Shown here piece by piece: positions 53,835 to 63,359 of a DNA stretch of 64,000 bases; positions within the stretch are counted from its first letter, which is position 1, and each line of letters starts with the position of its first letter. The notes below the pieces were generated by a model that saw only the letters and a program-made list of their open reading frames with translations, was not told where the DNA came from and made no database searches. The stretch comes from a virus (Duplodnaviria; Heunggongvirae; Uroviricota; Caudoviricetes): the IMG/VR virus record IMGVR_UViG_3300012979_000028, positions 85,985 through 149,984 of that record, one strand, 5' to 3'. The translations under genes and the position numbers were made by a program.

Positions 53835-54470
53835 TTATTCTTTATCTTTCTTCTTTCTATTTTTATATATCATACCAGCTCCAACACCCGTAACAGCTAA
53901 AGCAGGTAGACCATATTTAAAAGCACCGGATCTAATAATTTTTCCTCTATTAAAATCTGCTTCTCCTTTTAATTTTCTTATTTTTTCTTGTGTTGCATTA
54001 TAGCCAAATTTTTCTTCAATACCCTTTACTTCCTTATTTAAGTTTGAATTTATTTTACCTATTGCATCATTTCGTTGTTTGGCAAATTCTTGGTAGTTTG
54101 GATCTTGGAGATTATATTTAATATTTTCATTAAACTTTTTATTAACTTTATCTCTTAATTCTTTTGCTGCACCTTCCGCTTCATTAATACGTTTACTATA
54201 GCGTTCCTGATTATCGGTTACTAAATCATTTATCCGTTTATCAAAGTGAGTTTCATTTTCATAAGCATCGTACAGAGTCTTGGCAGTTCCTGCTACACCT
54301 CCAACAGCTCCTACTCCTGCAAGTACTTTTCCAATCTTTCTCTTACGATCTTTATCTTCATCCTCTTCTGCAAATTCTCTCTGAGCTGCCTGATAACCCT
54401 CATTAAAAGCTCTTTCTTCTATAGCATTAATTAGGTTTTTGCTACTAAATATTTTTCTTGTTACTCTCAT
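53835..54470 (-). CDS. MRITRKVFS-family protein, paralog of 27947..28660
   Basis: Shared N-terminus and near-identical C-terminal block EVKGIEEKFG...FNRGKII.SGA.KYGLPALAVTG.GAGM.YKNRKK. Confidence 0.8.
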   Translation of the reverse strand: MRVTRKIFSSKNLINAIEERAFNEGYQAAQREFAEEDEDKDRKRKIGKVLAGVGAVGGVAGTAKTLYDAYENETHFDKRINDLVTDNQERYSKRINEAEGAAKELRDKVNKKFNENIKYNLQDPNYQEFAKQRNDAIGKINSNLNKEVKGIEEKFGYNATQEKIRKLKGEADFNRGKIIRSGAFKYGLPALAVTGVGAGMIYKNRKKKDKE

Positions 54471-54544
54471 TTTATATAGTTTAGTTTAGTTTCTATCTTT
54501 CAAATTTAAGGACAGAAAAAAAACGATCCAAGAGAGTGGGGAGA

Positions 54545-54781
54545 AAAAAAAATAAATAGCATACTTTTAGTAATACTAGTTATCTTTTCTTGTTAGTGTG
54601 TTCTCTAAGATTATATTACAAATCCGTACTCCGAATATAGCCAATTTCAGAAGAACAAGTCATCTTACTCTTCAACTATACCTTCGCACCCCGTTAGTTC
54701 GCATCTTTAGTGCTCGCATCTCGTCTGAACAGCTGCGTAGAAGCCGGGTGATATGTGTTCAGTTTTTTATTCACTTATAAG
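54545..54781 (-). ncRNA. candidate ncRNA of about 220 nt
   Basis: CTTATAAGTGA motif followed by relatively GC-rich sequence with only very short ORFs (TGCGA three times; CACCC...GGGTG stem), ending at a T run. Confidence 0.4.
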
Positions 54782-54866
54782 AATTTGCCGGGATTTGAAA
54801 ATAACCTAAGGAAAAGAAAAATAAAGCTAATCCAATCATGAACTAGCTCTATTATTACTCTCACTA

Positions 54867-55262
54867 TCAGCTCTTAATTTCTCTGACTAGTAGGTGTTTA
54901 TTCCTGGCTAATCTTACTAACATGCTAATCCCCTTATTTTCTTCTTCAGATTCTAAGGAAAAGACTATACATGCATTTCCGAGTTCAGCCATCTTGTTAT
55001 TTCTTAGGTACCCAGCTCTTTTTCCATACTTATTCCAATCGGCAGTTATTATTCTAAGTTGGTAATTATTCTCCTTAGCATAATCTTCACCTAACTTATC
55101 GGCACCTTCACTTCCTCCTCCAGAGATTATAGTAATTTTCTCTCCCCTTTTTATTCGTTCGGACAGATAATAATTACACTTCTCTTTCAGTAAATTATAA
55201 TCTGAGAAATTTTTACTACCACAGATTATAACATTGAATTCCTTCTCTTTTTCTTTTTTCAT
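54867..55262 (-). CDS. SLOG/YspA-like (DUF2493) protein
   Basis: VIICGSK.F.DY, IISGG..GADKLG..YA, ADWNKYGKRAGYLRN..M. Confidence 0.8.
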   Translation of the reverse strand: MKKEKEKEFNVIICGSKNFSDYNLLKEKCNYYLSERIKRGEKITIISGGGSEGADKLGEDYAKENNYQLRIITADWNKYGKRAGYLRNNKMAELGNACIVFSLESEEENKGISMLVRLARNKHLLVREIKS

Positions 55263-57268
55263 TATTTTATCCAGTTTTTAACATCTTCTATCTTCTCTAG
55301 TTTTTTATAGTATGTTTTATTTTTTCCTGAATTTTCTATCAACTTTCTCAGTATCTCTATTCTGTCTATCTCTTCCGGACTATATTCTAAGAGATCACCA
55401 GTAACTCCAACATATAGAAATTTATCTGAGGTCTTGAATGTAACCTCTTCTAGGATTCTTTGAGATAGTTTTTCTGATAGATCCCCTGGAGTAATTAAGT
55501 AAAGCGTAGAATCACATAAAACATCCTTCTCACTTTTTCTTGTTTCAACATCATAGAGTTCAAGTTCTGGATTAAATACTTCCACTACATCCTTCAAACA
55601 ATCAGTTACAGTATCTCTCCATGGATTAGCTGGTGTAATAGGTCCGTCCAGATATAATCGTGTTGGCTTCTCTATTACATCAATTCTCTCTTCCATAAAT
55701 GATTCTCTAAGTATAAAACAGATCATTTCTTTTTTAGCTCCCGGACATATAGACTTAGTAAATGAACAATGAAATATCTCAGAGTCATCAAAGTGGTCTA
55801 CTCCTAAGTCGTTTTTAATGAAGGAAGTAATATAATCAATGACATCTTTATCTAGGTTGGAAACATCTCTTCTATAAACTCCTGTCTTGAGAATAAAATT
55901 AATTAAGATCTCATACTTCTTCGTTTTACGAAGCCATGGAATATAACCTTTTAAATCTAAGGCCCTCAGTTGGTCCATTATTACGTTTCCATTTTGTACA
56001 GACTTAGGATTTTTATAGAGCACTGGATAAGGTCTCCCTGCTTTATATGCTATCTTTGCTTTATAGAGATCATTTACGGATACTAGTTTTTCAGGAATAG
56101 TTAAGAGAATTTTCATTTCTGTAGTAGAGTCACTCCTCCCACTATCATCATCTTCTTTAGCATACAACTTATCCTTTAACTCTTTCTTTCGGTCTGGGTA
56201 AAGTTCTAGAAATTCTTTAACAGTTATCCAATAGTGATCGTTAAGTAATCTATCTTCCTTATCCTTCTTCTCAAAAATCCTCAAAAAAGAAGTGTAACTC
56301 TTGCCGCTCTTAGTATACTTATAGGCTTCCTCTTTAGATTTATGAATTTTAACAATATTATTACTACTATCTAGTTGAACAACATTTCTATAACTAAATA
56401 CTAAACCTGCATCTTCTCTAAGTTCAGGGTTGCTATAATATTCATCAAGTTTATCTTTCCTATCCCAATTTCCTAGTCTACACCAAAATACGCCCATGTA
56501 AGGATTAGAATTTTTAGAACTTGAATGGCGCATAACTCTACCTAGATAAAGTCCATCTTTAATAATCTCTTCACTATTTTTATAGATCTTAATTATATTA
56601 TACTCACTATCATAACAGAGAACTTCAGATCTATTATAGGTAGTTGAATTAAAATTACAAACAGGCAACTCTTCTTCACTTAGAGAATTATACAGAACAA
56701 CAGCCTCTGGGTAATTTGATTCTAGGTTACTAAGTTTATCCCAATAATATCCAAGAGACTTATGATTATTGCGAATAGCTTCTTTAATGGCTGTTCTATT
56801 ACATTCGAGTTCTTTAGCCGCTTTTGATGTACTGCTAAATATTCTATAAATTTCTATCTCTTTTCCGTCCTCATCCTTTTTTAAATAACATGCTATAGCT
56901 ATTTCCTTTGCCTTATTTGCCTTTTCACGAAGTTCTGCTAAAATCTCTAGAGGAATTTGAGAATAACAAGAATTTCTCTCCATAGTATATGTATAATTAA
57001 GCTTTAGCATACACTCCGCTGCCATAGCTAATTTAAGATTGTCGGGGTACATCCTATAGAGCAGTATGTGAGCTACAATATGTTCTAGTGCAGTAAAAGT
57101 CACTAAGTTATCATCACCATCCGTTCCTCCCATGCACCTAGGAAGAATATGGTGTCTCTCTGAATACTCTGTCTTTCCCAATTTTCTAGTTTTCCCGAGT
57201 TCGACTAGTTCTTCATAGAGTTGTTTCTGGTCTGCATCTTTGTTTAAATATTTTTCTAAGTCTAACAT
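55262..57268 (-). CDS. HNH endonuclease fused to RusA-like resolvase and nucleoside 2-deoxyribosyltransferase-like domains
   Basis: ERHHILPRCMGG...NLV...EHIVAH (HNH) with NUMOD1-like repeats; SVNDLY...RRDVSNLDK..ID...DDSEI (RusA-like); LYLDGP...WR...VFNP (NDT-like). Confidence 0.7.
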   Translation of the reverse strand: MLDLEKYLNKDADQKQLYEELVELGKTRKLGKTEYSERHHILPRCMGGTDGDDNLVTFTALEHIVAHILLYRMYPDNLKLAMAAECMLKLNYTYTMERNSCYSQIPLEILAELREKANKAKEIAIACYLKKDEDGKEIEIYRIFSSTSKAAKELECNRTAIKEAIRNNHKSLGYYWDKLSNLESNYPEAVVLYNSLSEEELPVCNFNSTTYNRSEVLCYDSEYNIIKIYKNSEEIIKDGLYLGRVMRHSSSKNSNPYMGVFWCRLGNWDRKDKLDEYYSNPELREDAGLVFSYRNVVQLDSSNNIVKIHKSKEEAYKYTKSGKSYTSFLRIFEKKDKEDRLLNDHYWITVKEFLELYPDRKKELKDKLYAKEDDDSGRSDSTTEMKILLTIPEKLVSVNDLYKAKIAYKAGRPYPVLYKNPKSVQNGNVIMDQLRALDLKGYIPWLRKTKKYEILINFILKTGVYRRDVSNLDKDVIDYITSFIKNDLGVDHFDDSEIFHCSFTKSICPGAKKEMICFILRESFMEERIDVIEKPTRLYLDGPITPANPWRDTVTDCLKDVVEVFNPELELYDVETRKSEKDVLCDSTLYLITPGDLSEKLSQRILEEVTFKTSDKFLYVGVTGDLLEYSPEEIDRIEILRKLIENSGKNKTYYKKLEKIEDVKNWIK

Positions 57269-57274
57269 ATATTA

Positions 57275-58690
57275 TTAATTAGTTTTAAATGGATTTGCTA
57301 AACACCCGGCTTGTGGATTAGAACCTTGTTGAAGCTGCTGATAGGTACGATTATTAAGGTTATTTACTGAACCTCTAAGCTGCATTTTCCTATCATTTAG
57401 TAATTTTATCTGAGCCTCTGTATACTCTATTTTATTCGTCTCCTTTTTTAGCTCTTCGTATAACTCTCTGCAGATAGGATAAAATCTTCCATTACCCAGT
57501 CTAATGCTATAGGACCTAACATCAATCTCTCCACGTCTACTTTTACTGATATTAATAGCATGAACATGATTAGGGCAGTCTGTATTTTTACCTATTCCAA
57601 TAATCATGTCAGCAGAGTGTTGTTTTCTACTAGATTCACCGACGTCTGTTAATTCTACGATCTCATTTTTCCACGAAGATACTTTAGTTTGAGAACCTAC
57701 AAAAACTAATTTATTCATCAAGCTAAGTTCAGTAAGTTTTTCATAAGCAGCTCCGAAAGAATTATACATATTATCACCTTCAGAAACACCCTTCAAGTTA
57801 GAGTCATAGTCTATTACAATAACATCAAACTTATCAGGATCTTCTTTAATTTTCTCTATGATCATTTCTGGACTTACTTTACCTGCTGGATTGATTGAGA
57901 TTTCTAGGTTATCATGGAGTAGGTTTTTCAGGGATTCATATATAGTTCCCAAGTTCTGCATTACTTCTCCAAAACTTAATCCAGTATACATAGCCCCGAG
58001 TCTTACAATAAAATCTTTCATCTTATTATCACCCAGACCTACGTAGAGAACTTTGTAACCCATAGAAGCCATATGAAGAGCCTCTGACATCATAAATAGA
58101 GATTTTCCTGTAGCTGGTGGTGCACAAACAATAACAATCTGACCTTTTTCATAACCGGGATAAGGTTTGAATGTGTTATTAATCCATTCATACTGACTTG
58201 GAATAAAACCTGTACCTGCTTCTGCTACAATAGTGTTTATATCTACATTACTAAAGCTAACAGAATTAAACATGTCTAGGTCTTCTGTCTTCAGGTTTAA
58301 ATTTTTGATATACTTAATGTAGTCTAGTGGAGAAGTACTGTATAATCTACCAGCTCTATCCAATTCTACCTTAGCACAGACTTGACCTAGATATTCTTTA
58401 GCCGGTCTCATCTGTTCTTTCGTATAATTCTTCCACTTTATGATCTCAGACATTATTTTACTAGCCTCAGCATCATTCTTTCCACATTTCATTAAGATTG
58501 ACTGAAATAATGGATGTCCTATTGATTCTAAGTCATAGTCTTTTATTGCCTGTATCATATTTTCTATCAGAGGATTTCCAGCAGTATTTAAGTTGGTGTC
58601 GAAATAATACTTAATCGTGGATATATTATTCTTTGCCTCTGTAAATAGATATTGATTAAACAACGAATACAGTAAATCAAAATTATCCAT
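57275..58690 (-). CDS. dnaB: DnaB/RecA-family replicative helicase
   Basis: Walker A APPATGKS, VIVIDY, GSQ, GESSRKQHSADMII, KSRRG. Confidence 0.85.
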   Translation of the reverse strand: MDNFDLLYSLFNQYLFTEAKNNISTIKYYFDTNLNTAGNPLIENMIQAIKDYDLESIGHPLFQSILMKCGKNDAEASKIMSEIIKWKNYTKEQMRPAKEYLGQVCAKVELDRAGRLYSTSPLDYIKYIKNLNLKTEDLDMFNSVSFSNVDINTIVAEAGTGFIPSQYEWINNTFKPYPGYEKGQIVIVCAPPATGKSLFMMSEALHMASMGYKVLYVGLGDNKMKDFIVRLGAMYTGLSFGEVMQNLGTIYESLKNLLHDNLEISINPAGKVSPEMIIEKIKEDPDKFDVIVIDYDSNLKGVSEGDNMYNSFGAAYEKLTELSLMNKLVFVGSQTKVSSWKNEIVELTDVGESSRKQHSADMIIGIGKNTDCPNHVHAINISKSRRGEIDVRSYSIRLGNGRFYPICRELYEELKKETNKIEYTEAQIKLLNDRKMQLRGSVNNLNNRTYQQLQQGSNPQAGCLANPFKTN

Positions 58691-58818
58691 AGTATTTAAA
58701 ATTTATTTATCATCTTTCTCATCTATAATGGATACAGGGTTAATTTTCGGCAAATTTCTAAAATTTTAATACCCTGATACCCTAGAATACTTATAGGTGT
58801 AATATAAAAATGTAATGT

Positions 58819-59253
58819 ATGAAGTATTACGACATTATATGTGAAGTATATGAAGATGAAGAACTTAATAATTCATTAGAAGAGTATAATTCTATCTTTC
58901 ACAGAGGAGATCGTGGAGGAATACATCTTAGTATATCACATAATTTAAATACACTCGATACACTCCACTTTAATATGTATGATGCAAAATTTAAAGAAGG
59001 AATATTTATAAATTTCACTGGAGATAATCCATTAGTTATGTCAATGTATTATTTCACTGGAGGTCAATTCTGTGTTATGAAAGAAGACAGGGATGGAAAT
59101 GAAATAGCAACTATTAGTACTGATGAAACTACTAGGATAGAATCTAAGGTAGTACTTGAGGTCACTTCGGAGAATAAAGATGTTGCAGTGTGTAAGATAA
59201 AGACAGCGATATATTTTATTATAACTAAAATAACTAACATATGGAAGAACTAG
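58819..59253 (+). CDS. hypothetical protein
   Basis: First of three plus-strand ORFs; preceded by CTTATAGGTG at 58790. Confidence 0.7.
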   Translation: MKYYDIICEVYEDEELNNSLEEYNSIFHRGDRGGIHLSISHNLNTLDTLHFNMYDAKFKEGIFINFTGDNPLVMSMYYFTGGQFCVMKEDRDGNEIATISTDETTRIESKVVLEVTSENKDVAVCKIKTAIYFIITKITNIWKN

Positions 59254-59741
59254 ATAATAGCTTTGATGGTTACAGAACCTGGAGTATAAGAGACTACGAT
59301 ATGTGTATGTATGACCGCCGTAATCCAATAGTATATCGTCCCACTTGGTTAGATGCTGAGTGGGATCGTCCTAAAGGAAAAATAAGTGAACTTCTGGAGA
59401 TGCCGGAATTTGGGTTGATTTCATCAGCACTCGATAGTATTTTAAAGGAGTTTAAGTATATCTCAGAGGATATTCAGGGACATCCTTATTTTCAAAATGA
59501 ACATCGACATGAGATAGCAGATCGACGCTATGATATACTAATACCTTTTCAGATAATCACAGAACTTAAATATGAGAATGATAAACCTCTTCTGAAAGTT
59601 AATTTTATCGGTTTTAAAGAAAATGATAGTTATGTAAAAGAATTTAAATCTTCTGATTGTCCAGAGGATATAGCAAAGACAAAGAAAGAGATATTGCTTT
59701 TTATATATAATTATATAAACAAATCTTTATTGAAGGAATAG
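59241..59741 (+). CDS. hypothetical protein
   Basis: ORF overlapping the previous gene. Confidence 0.7.
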   Translation: MEELDNSFDGYRTWSIRDYDMCMYDRRNPIVYRPTWLDAEWDRPKGKISELLEMPEFGLISSALDSILKEFKYISEDIQGHPYFQNEHRHEIADRRYDILIPFQIITELKYENDKPLLKVNFIGFKENDSYVKEFKSSDCPEDIAKTKKEILLFIYNYINKSLLKE

Positions 59742-59743
59742 AA

Positions 59744-60043
59744 ATGTTGCTTAAGAAAATAATTATCAAAGAGTTTAAGTTACCATGGTGGAAAAGAATT
59801 CTTGGAAAGTTTTTTAAAATAAAGGATACTAGGAAATTTAAGTACTATACACCTATTAATAAGTACACCTTCCTAGTTATATTAAATCAAGAGAACTTTG
59901 AATATTCAAATAAATCTAGAGTATTCTTCGGACTATATGATAAACTTGGGAAAAAGATTTATTCAGTAGATAGTTTTATTCCTAGGGTAAAGAATGTTCA
60001 GTATATATTAACTACTGCAAAAATAATAGTGAGGAAGAAGTAA
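59744..60043 (+). CDS. hypothetical protein
   Basis: ORF ending at the convergent terminator. Confidence 0.65.
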   Translation: MLLKKIIIKEFKLPWWKRILGKFFKIKDTRKFKYYTPINKYTFLVILNQENFEYSNKSRVFFGLYDKLGKKIYSVDSFIPRVKNVQYILTTAKIIVRKK

Positions 60044-60100
60044 AAAAAAATAATAAGAGGAAAAGAAGATTATAGCCTTCTCAACCTCTTTTTTTTTTAT
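60043..60100. terminator. bidirectional intrinsic terminator
   Basis: A run, AAGAGG...CCTCTT inverted repeat and T run between convergent genes. Confidence 0.65.
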
Positions 60101-60103
60101 TCC

Positions 60104-61965
60104 CTATAGTTGTTCTTCATAGATTACACTATCAACTATATCACAATACTTATAATATTCATGAATCATCTCATCTCTTCCTTCAGCTCCTTTAGAAAAT
60201 ATTGGAATTCTTTTCTTAGACTTGCTTCCTAGTGTTATAATGTTCATATGATTACCTCTAGCCACTCTACCTACCGATTGAAGAACTACACCTGCCACTT
60301 TACCTTGAATTAGTAGTATATTTTCAAGATTAGGAAAGTCTAGTGCACGATAACCTGAGGAAGTAGATGGAATTATATCAACCTCATTATTTCTTATCTT
60401 ATCACAGCTTTCTTGTAGAGTTAGTTTGCTTTTATTTCCTTGTAGATCATAATAAACATAACCCTCTCCGCAAACAAGAAGAACTCTAAATTTTCCTAAG
60501 AAGTATTTATCTATCCACTCATTCAGAATAGAGTTTAGGTTGTTTATAGGAATGAATAGTTTTGGAAATCTTTTAGCTATCTTGACTACTAGGTTACATA
60601 CTTCAGGGTTAGTCCAGATTCTATTCATTACATTCATATAAACATTACTATCCTCGCTAAAATCACTCTGTTCAAATTTAATAAGATCAAGGCAAGATGT
60701 TTGTATTTCGATGGCGTCAATTTTTATAGTTAGCGGCATTCTATAAACAAGACTAGGACCAAACCATTTAATCAAGTCTTTATTATTGCAAACTACATCA
60801 GATAAACCATTAACAAAGGAAATCATCTCACCTCCAGTTTTATCAGCAGTACCAGAGAAAGCATAAAATCTAGAAGCCCCTCTTAAAGTTGAAAATAAAT
60901 ACTCGCCCCCTGGATTTATAGTATACTCAACTTCATCAACCAGAACAACATCATAAGTACTCATTAATGTTTCAAAGCCTGATCGTTTATTAATATCTTT
61001 CACATCAGATCTATTCATTATTCCGGTAGTTATTATTCCATCTATACCTATCGAATTTTTATGACCAGGAGGAAGTACATCTAGGCTATATAATGATTTA
61101 ACTCTCTTTACTAATTCATCCATTGCTTTTTTCCCTGGAGCTACTAATAATACTTTTTTCCCAATTGAATGAAGATAATTTGCTAATACTGCTATGGATT
61201 GTGTCTTCAGTTTTGTTATCCTAAAGGCTTTTTATCCCTTAGTTCTAGTAATTCTTTTTTTTTATTCTTACTAGCTCGGCGTACATTTTCATCCTGCGAT
61301 TTAATTGGATGTTGGATACTCTTGGGAGGATTATATTTATTCACCTCCTACGCTCTACACTACTATAAAACCTTTCGCAATTTTCATAGTTAGCACGGTA
61401 TTAGCATCTCAGCTTTCACCGTTTTTACCCAATTATCATTTATGTATTTCTACATAAAGCGGCAAATTTTTTAAATTTTCTAATGGTAGATTTTTCAATG
61501 ATTGTTGATTTATTTTTCATAATGTATATATTAATTTTTACCGTAAGACGTATATACATTAAGCAAACCTATCCTATATTTGAGAATGTGTAAGATATCT
61601 TCATTTTGATAATCTCTAAGTTCTGGGAATGGAATATTTCTTGGAGCATCAGGAGAATATATAGCATCTGCAAGAAGGTTATTATAATCATCAGAAGAAA
61701 TGTAAGGGCTCAGAACATTAATTAAGTATCCTGCCCAACCTAATCCAATCAAGTAAGTTACAATTCCTCCTTTAGTAAACTTCTTATCATAGATCTTTAT
61801 ATTTGTTGTTACAGTTCCCCAAGACTTTTTCCAAGGTATGAACTTATTTTCTTTTTTTGTAACTTCGAAGAAATATTTTATAGATAAATCATCAGTTACT
61901 ACAACAATTTTATTAATAGTTTTATCAACGCTAATTTGTAACATAGAATAAAATTTATTTATCAT
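60104..61965 (-). CDS. SF2 (UvsW/XPB-like) DNA helicase, 2 exons (61965-61540, 61207-60104; 509 aa)
   Basis: Q motif LRDYQ, Walker A YTSYG|KT restored by splicing, LVDEVE, FSGT, ALDFP, QSVGRVAR; exons sum to 1530 nt. Confidence 0.88.
61208..61539 (-). mobile_element. group I intron in the helicase Walker A motif (332 nt)
   Basis: GGT|AAAA...CTG|AAG junction; core very similar to beta' intron 3. Confidence 0.85.
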
Positions 61966-62010
61966 TTATCACATATAAGAAAATAAACTTGGAATATCAG
62001 TAAAATTAAG

Positions 62011-62109
62011 AAAAAAAAAATAAAGCCAATCTATCTCAGACTAGCTTTATACAATAAAATTAGTAACAGTACACAAAAAGACAAAAATTGAATTTATTGC
62101 ATATATAAG
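62011..62109 (-). ncRNA. candidate small RNA unit C
   Basis: CTTATATATGCA motif, about 50 nt of U-rich sequence, hairpin TAAAGCTAGTCT-GAGAT-AGATTGGCTTTA, T run. Confidence 0.5.
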
Positions 62110-62123
62110 AAATCTAGAGGAGG

Positions 62124-62201
62124 AAAAAAGAAGGGTCAATCCATCTCGAACTGATCCCTCCAAAGAACATGACTTTTGATATAATTTCTACTGTATATAA
62201 G
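62124..62201 (-). ncRNA. candidate small RNA unit D
   Basis: CTTATATACAG motif, about 33 nt of unique sequence, hairpin GGGATCAGTTC-GAGAT-GGATTGACCC, T run. Confidence 0.5.
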
Positions 62202-62213
62202 AAATTCTGCCTT

Positions 62214-62648
62214 TTATAACTCAAACAACATTCTATCATAACTACTTGAGCTATCTTCTAATGAAAATAATTCTAAGATTAAGTTAATAAGAATGAGTTG
62301 TGCCTCTTTAATTGTCTGTATCTTATCTTGATTACATACTGTTCTTATACCTACCCATGGTTTAGAATTTGATGGTGATATAAAAATAAAAGTACTCCCT
62401 ATATTCCAAACTAATGTAGGTCTATCTTCAAGTGCTTCATCAGGAACATAGACAGGGCAAACTTTTAACCATTCTGAAAATATTCCTACAGCACTAATTG
62501 TTTCTAATCTAGTTTTTTCATATTCTACAGGTAAAACTGAATGAACTACAACTAGGTCATCATCAATCTTATCAACCTTTTGATGTACTCCTGCTTGAAT
62601 AGATACAAAAGTAATAAAAGTCATCAACAACATTAACAGTCTCTTCAT
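62214..62648 (-). CDS. hypothetical secreted protein
   Basis: Signal-peptide-like N-terminus MKRLLMLLMTFITFVSIQA. Confidence 0.7.
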   Translation of the reverse strand: MKRLLMLLMTFITFVSIQAGVHQKVDKIDDDLVVVHSVLPVEYEKTRLETISAVGIFSEWLKVCPVYVPDEALEDRPTLVWNIGSTFIFISPSNSKPWVGIRTVCNQDKIQTIKEAQLILINLILELFSLEDSSSSYDRMLFEL

Positions 62649-62683
62649 TCTTCCTCCTTATTTAATAAATTCTTCTTCATCAA

Positions 62684-63151
62684 TTAAGGAATTTGTTGTA
62701 ATAAAAGTTTAATTCTTTCTTTACACTGATTTTTATAGAATTCTAACCAATGCTGAGCTTCTTTGAATGTTATAGATTTACAAACCTCCACCTCTTCATA
62801 AGAATTACTCTCTCTTAGGTTATTCAGCATAATTCCATCATAACCTGTATCTATGATTATACATCTCAGCCGCCATTTATCCAACTCATTAAAAGAAGAT
62901 TCACGAATAAATACGTAGCTATTATCTATATCCATGTCTCCTTTTTCAGTAGGTCGATCAAGAATACAGATATCGAAACTAGGAGGATATTTTTCGTTTT
63001 TAAATTTTTCAAGGAAAGTTGATGTTGCCTTTTCTAATTTAGAGAATATTATTTCTTTATACTCCTCCATACTTATTTTCCTGGCATTACTATAGTCATC
63101 ACACAAGCGGTAACGAGTCTTTTCATTACTTAGAAATTCAGCATAAAGCAC
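62684..63151 (-). CDS. hypothetical protein
   Basis: Shares FIRESSxNE and WxxFY with 63337..63984. Confidence 0.7.
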   Translation of the reverse strand: MLYAEFLSNEKTRYRLCDDYSNARKISMEEYKEIIFSKLEKATSTFLEKFKNEKYPPSFDICILDRPTEKGDMDIDNSYVFIRESSFNELDKWRLRCIIIDTGYDGIMLNNLRESNSYEEVEVCKSITFKEAQHWLEFYKNQCKERIKLLLQQIP

Positions 63152-63155
63152 ACGA

Positions 63156-63359
63156 TCATCTTCTGTTTCTGCAAAGTAAAAGCGTGAATTTTTTTTTAAC
63201 GCTTAATTTTCCATCCTCTGAAACCCTAAACTCCCCAACTAGATTCATGTACATACCTGGATTAGATAGATAAAGATAACCTCTTGAAAAATCCTTCTCT
63301 ACTATATCTACTATATTACTTACTATATTACTACATTCAACCCATTCTGAAGTACTCAT
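63156..63359 (-). CDS. hypothetical protein
   Basis: ORF in operon. Confidence 0.55.
   Translation of the reverse strand: MSTSEWVECSNIVSNIVDIVEKDFSRGYLYLSNPGMYMNLVGEFRVSEDGKLSVKKKFTLLLCRNRR

Noticed and set aside
30840..61965. nrdD, beta' and helicase fragments as pseudogenes, split genes or intein-containing genes
   Set aside because: Group I core elements and U|...G junctions restore exact reading frames and catalytic motifs, and the inserts contain stop codons, which excludes inteins.
29123..62219. Tiny plus-strand ORFs over sRNA units A and D (MENKQQSIFTYKGLFGF, MTFDIISTVYKKFCLL)
   Set aside because: Promoter motif and terminator polarity both point to minus-strand transcription; peptides cannot be excluded without Ribo-seq.
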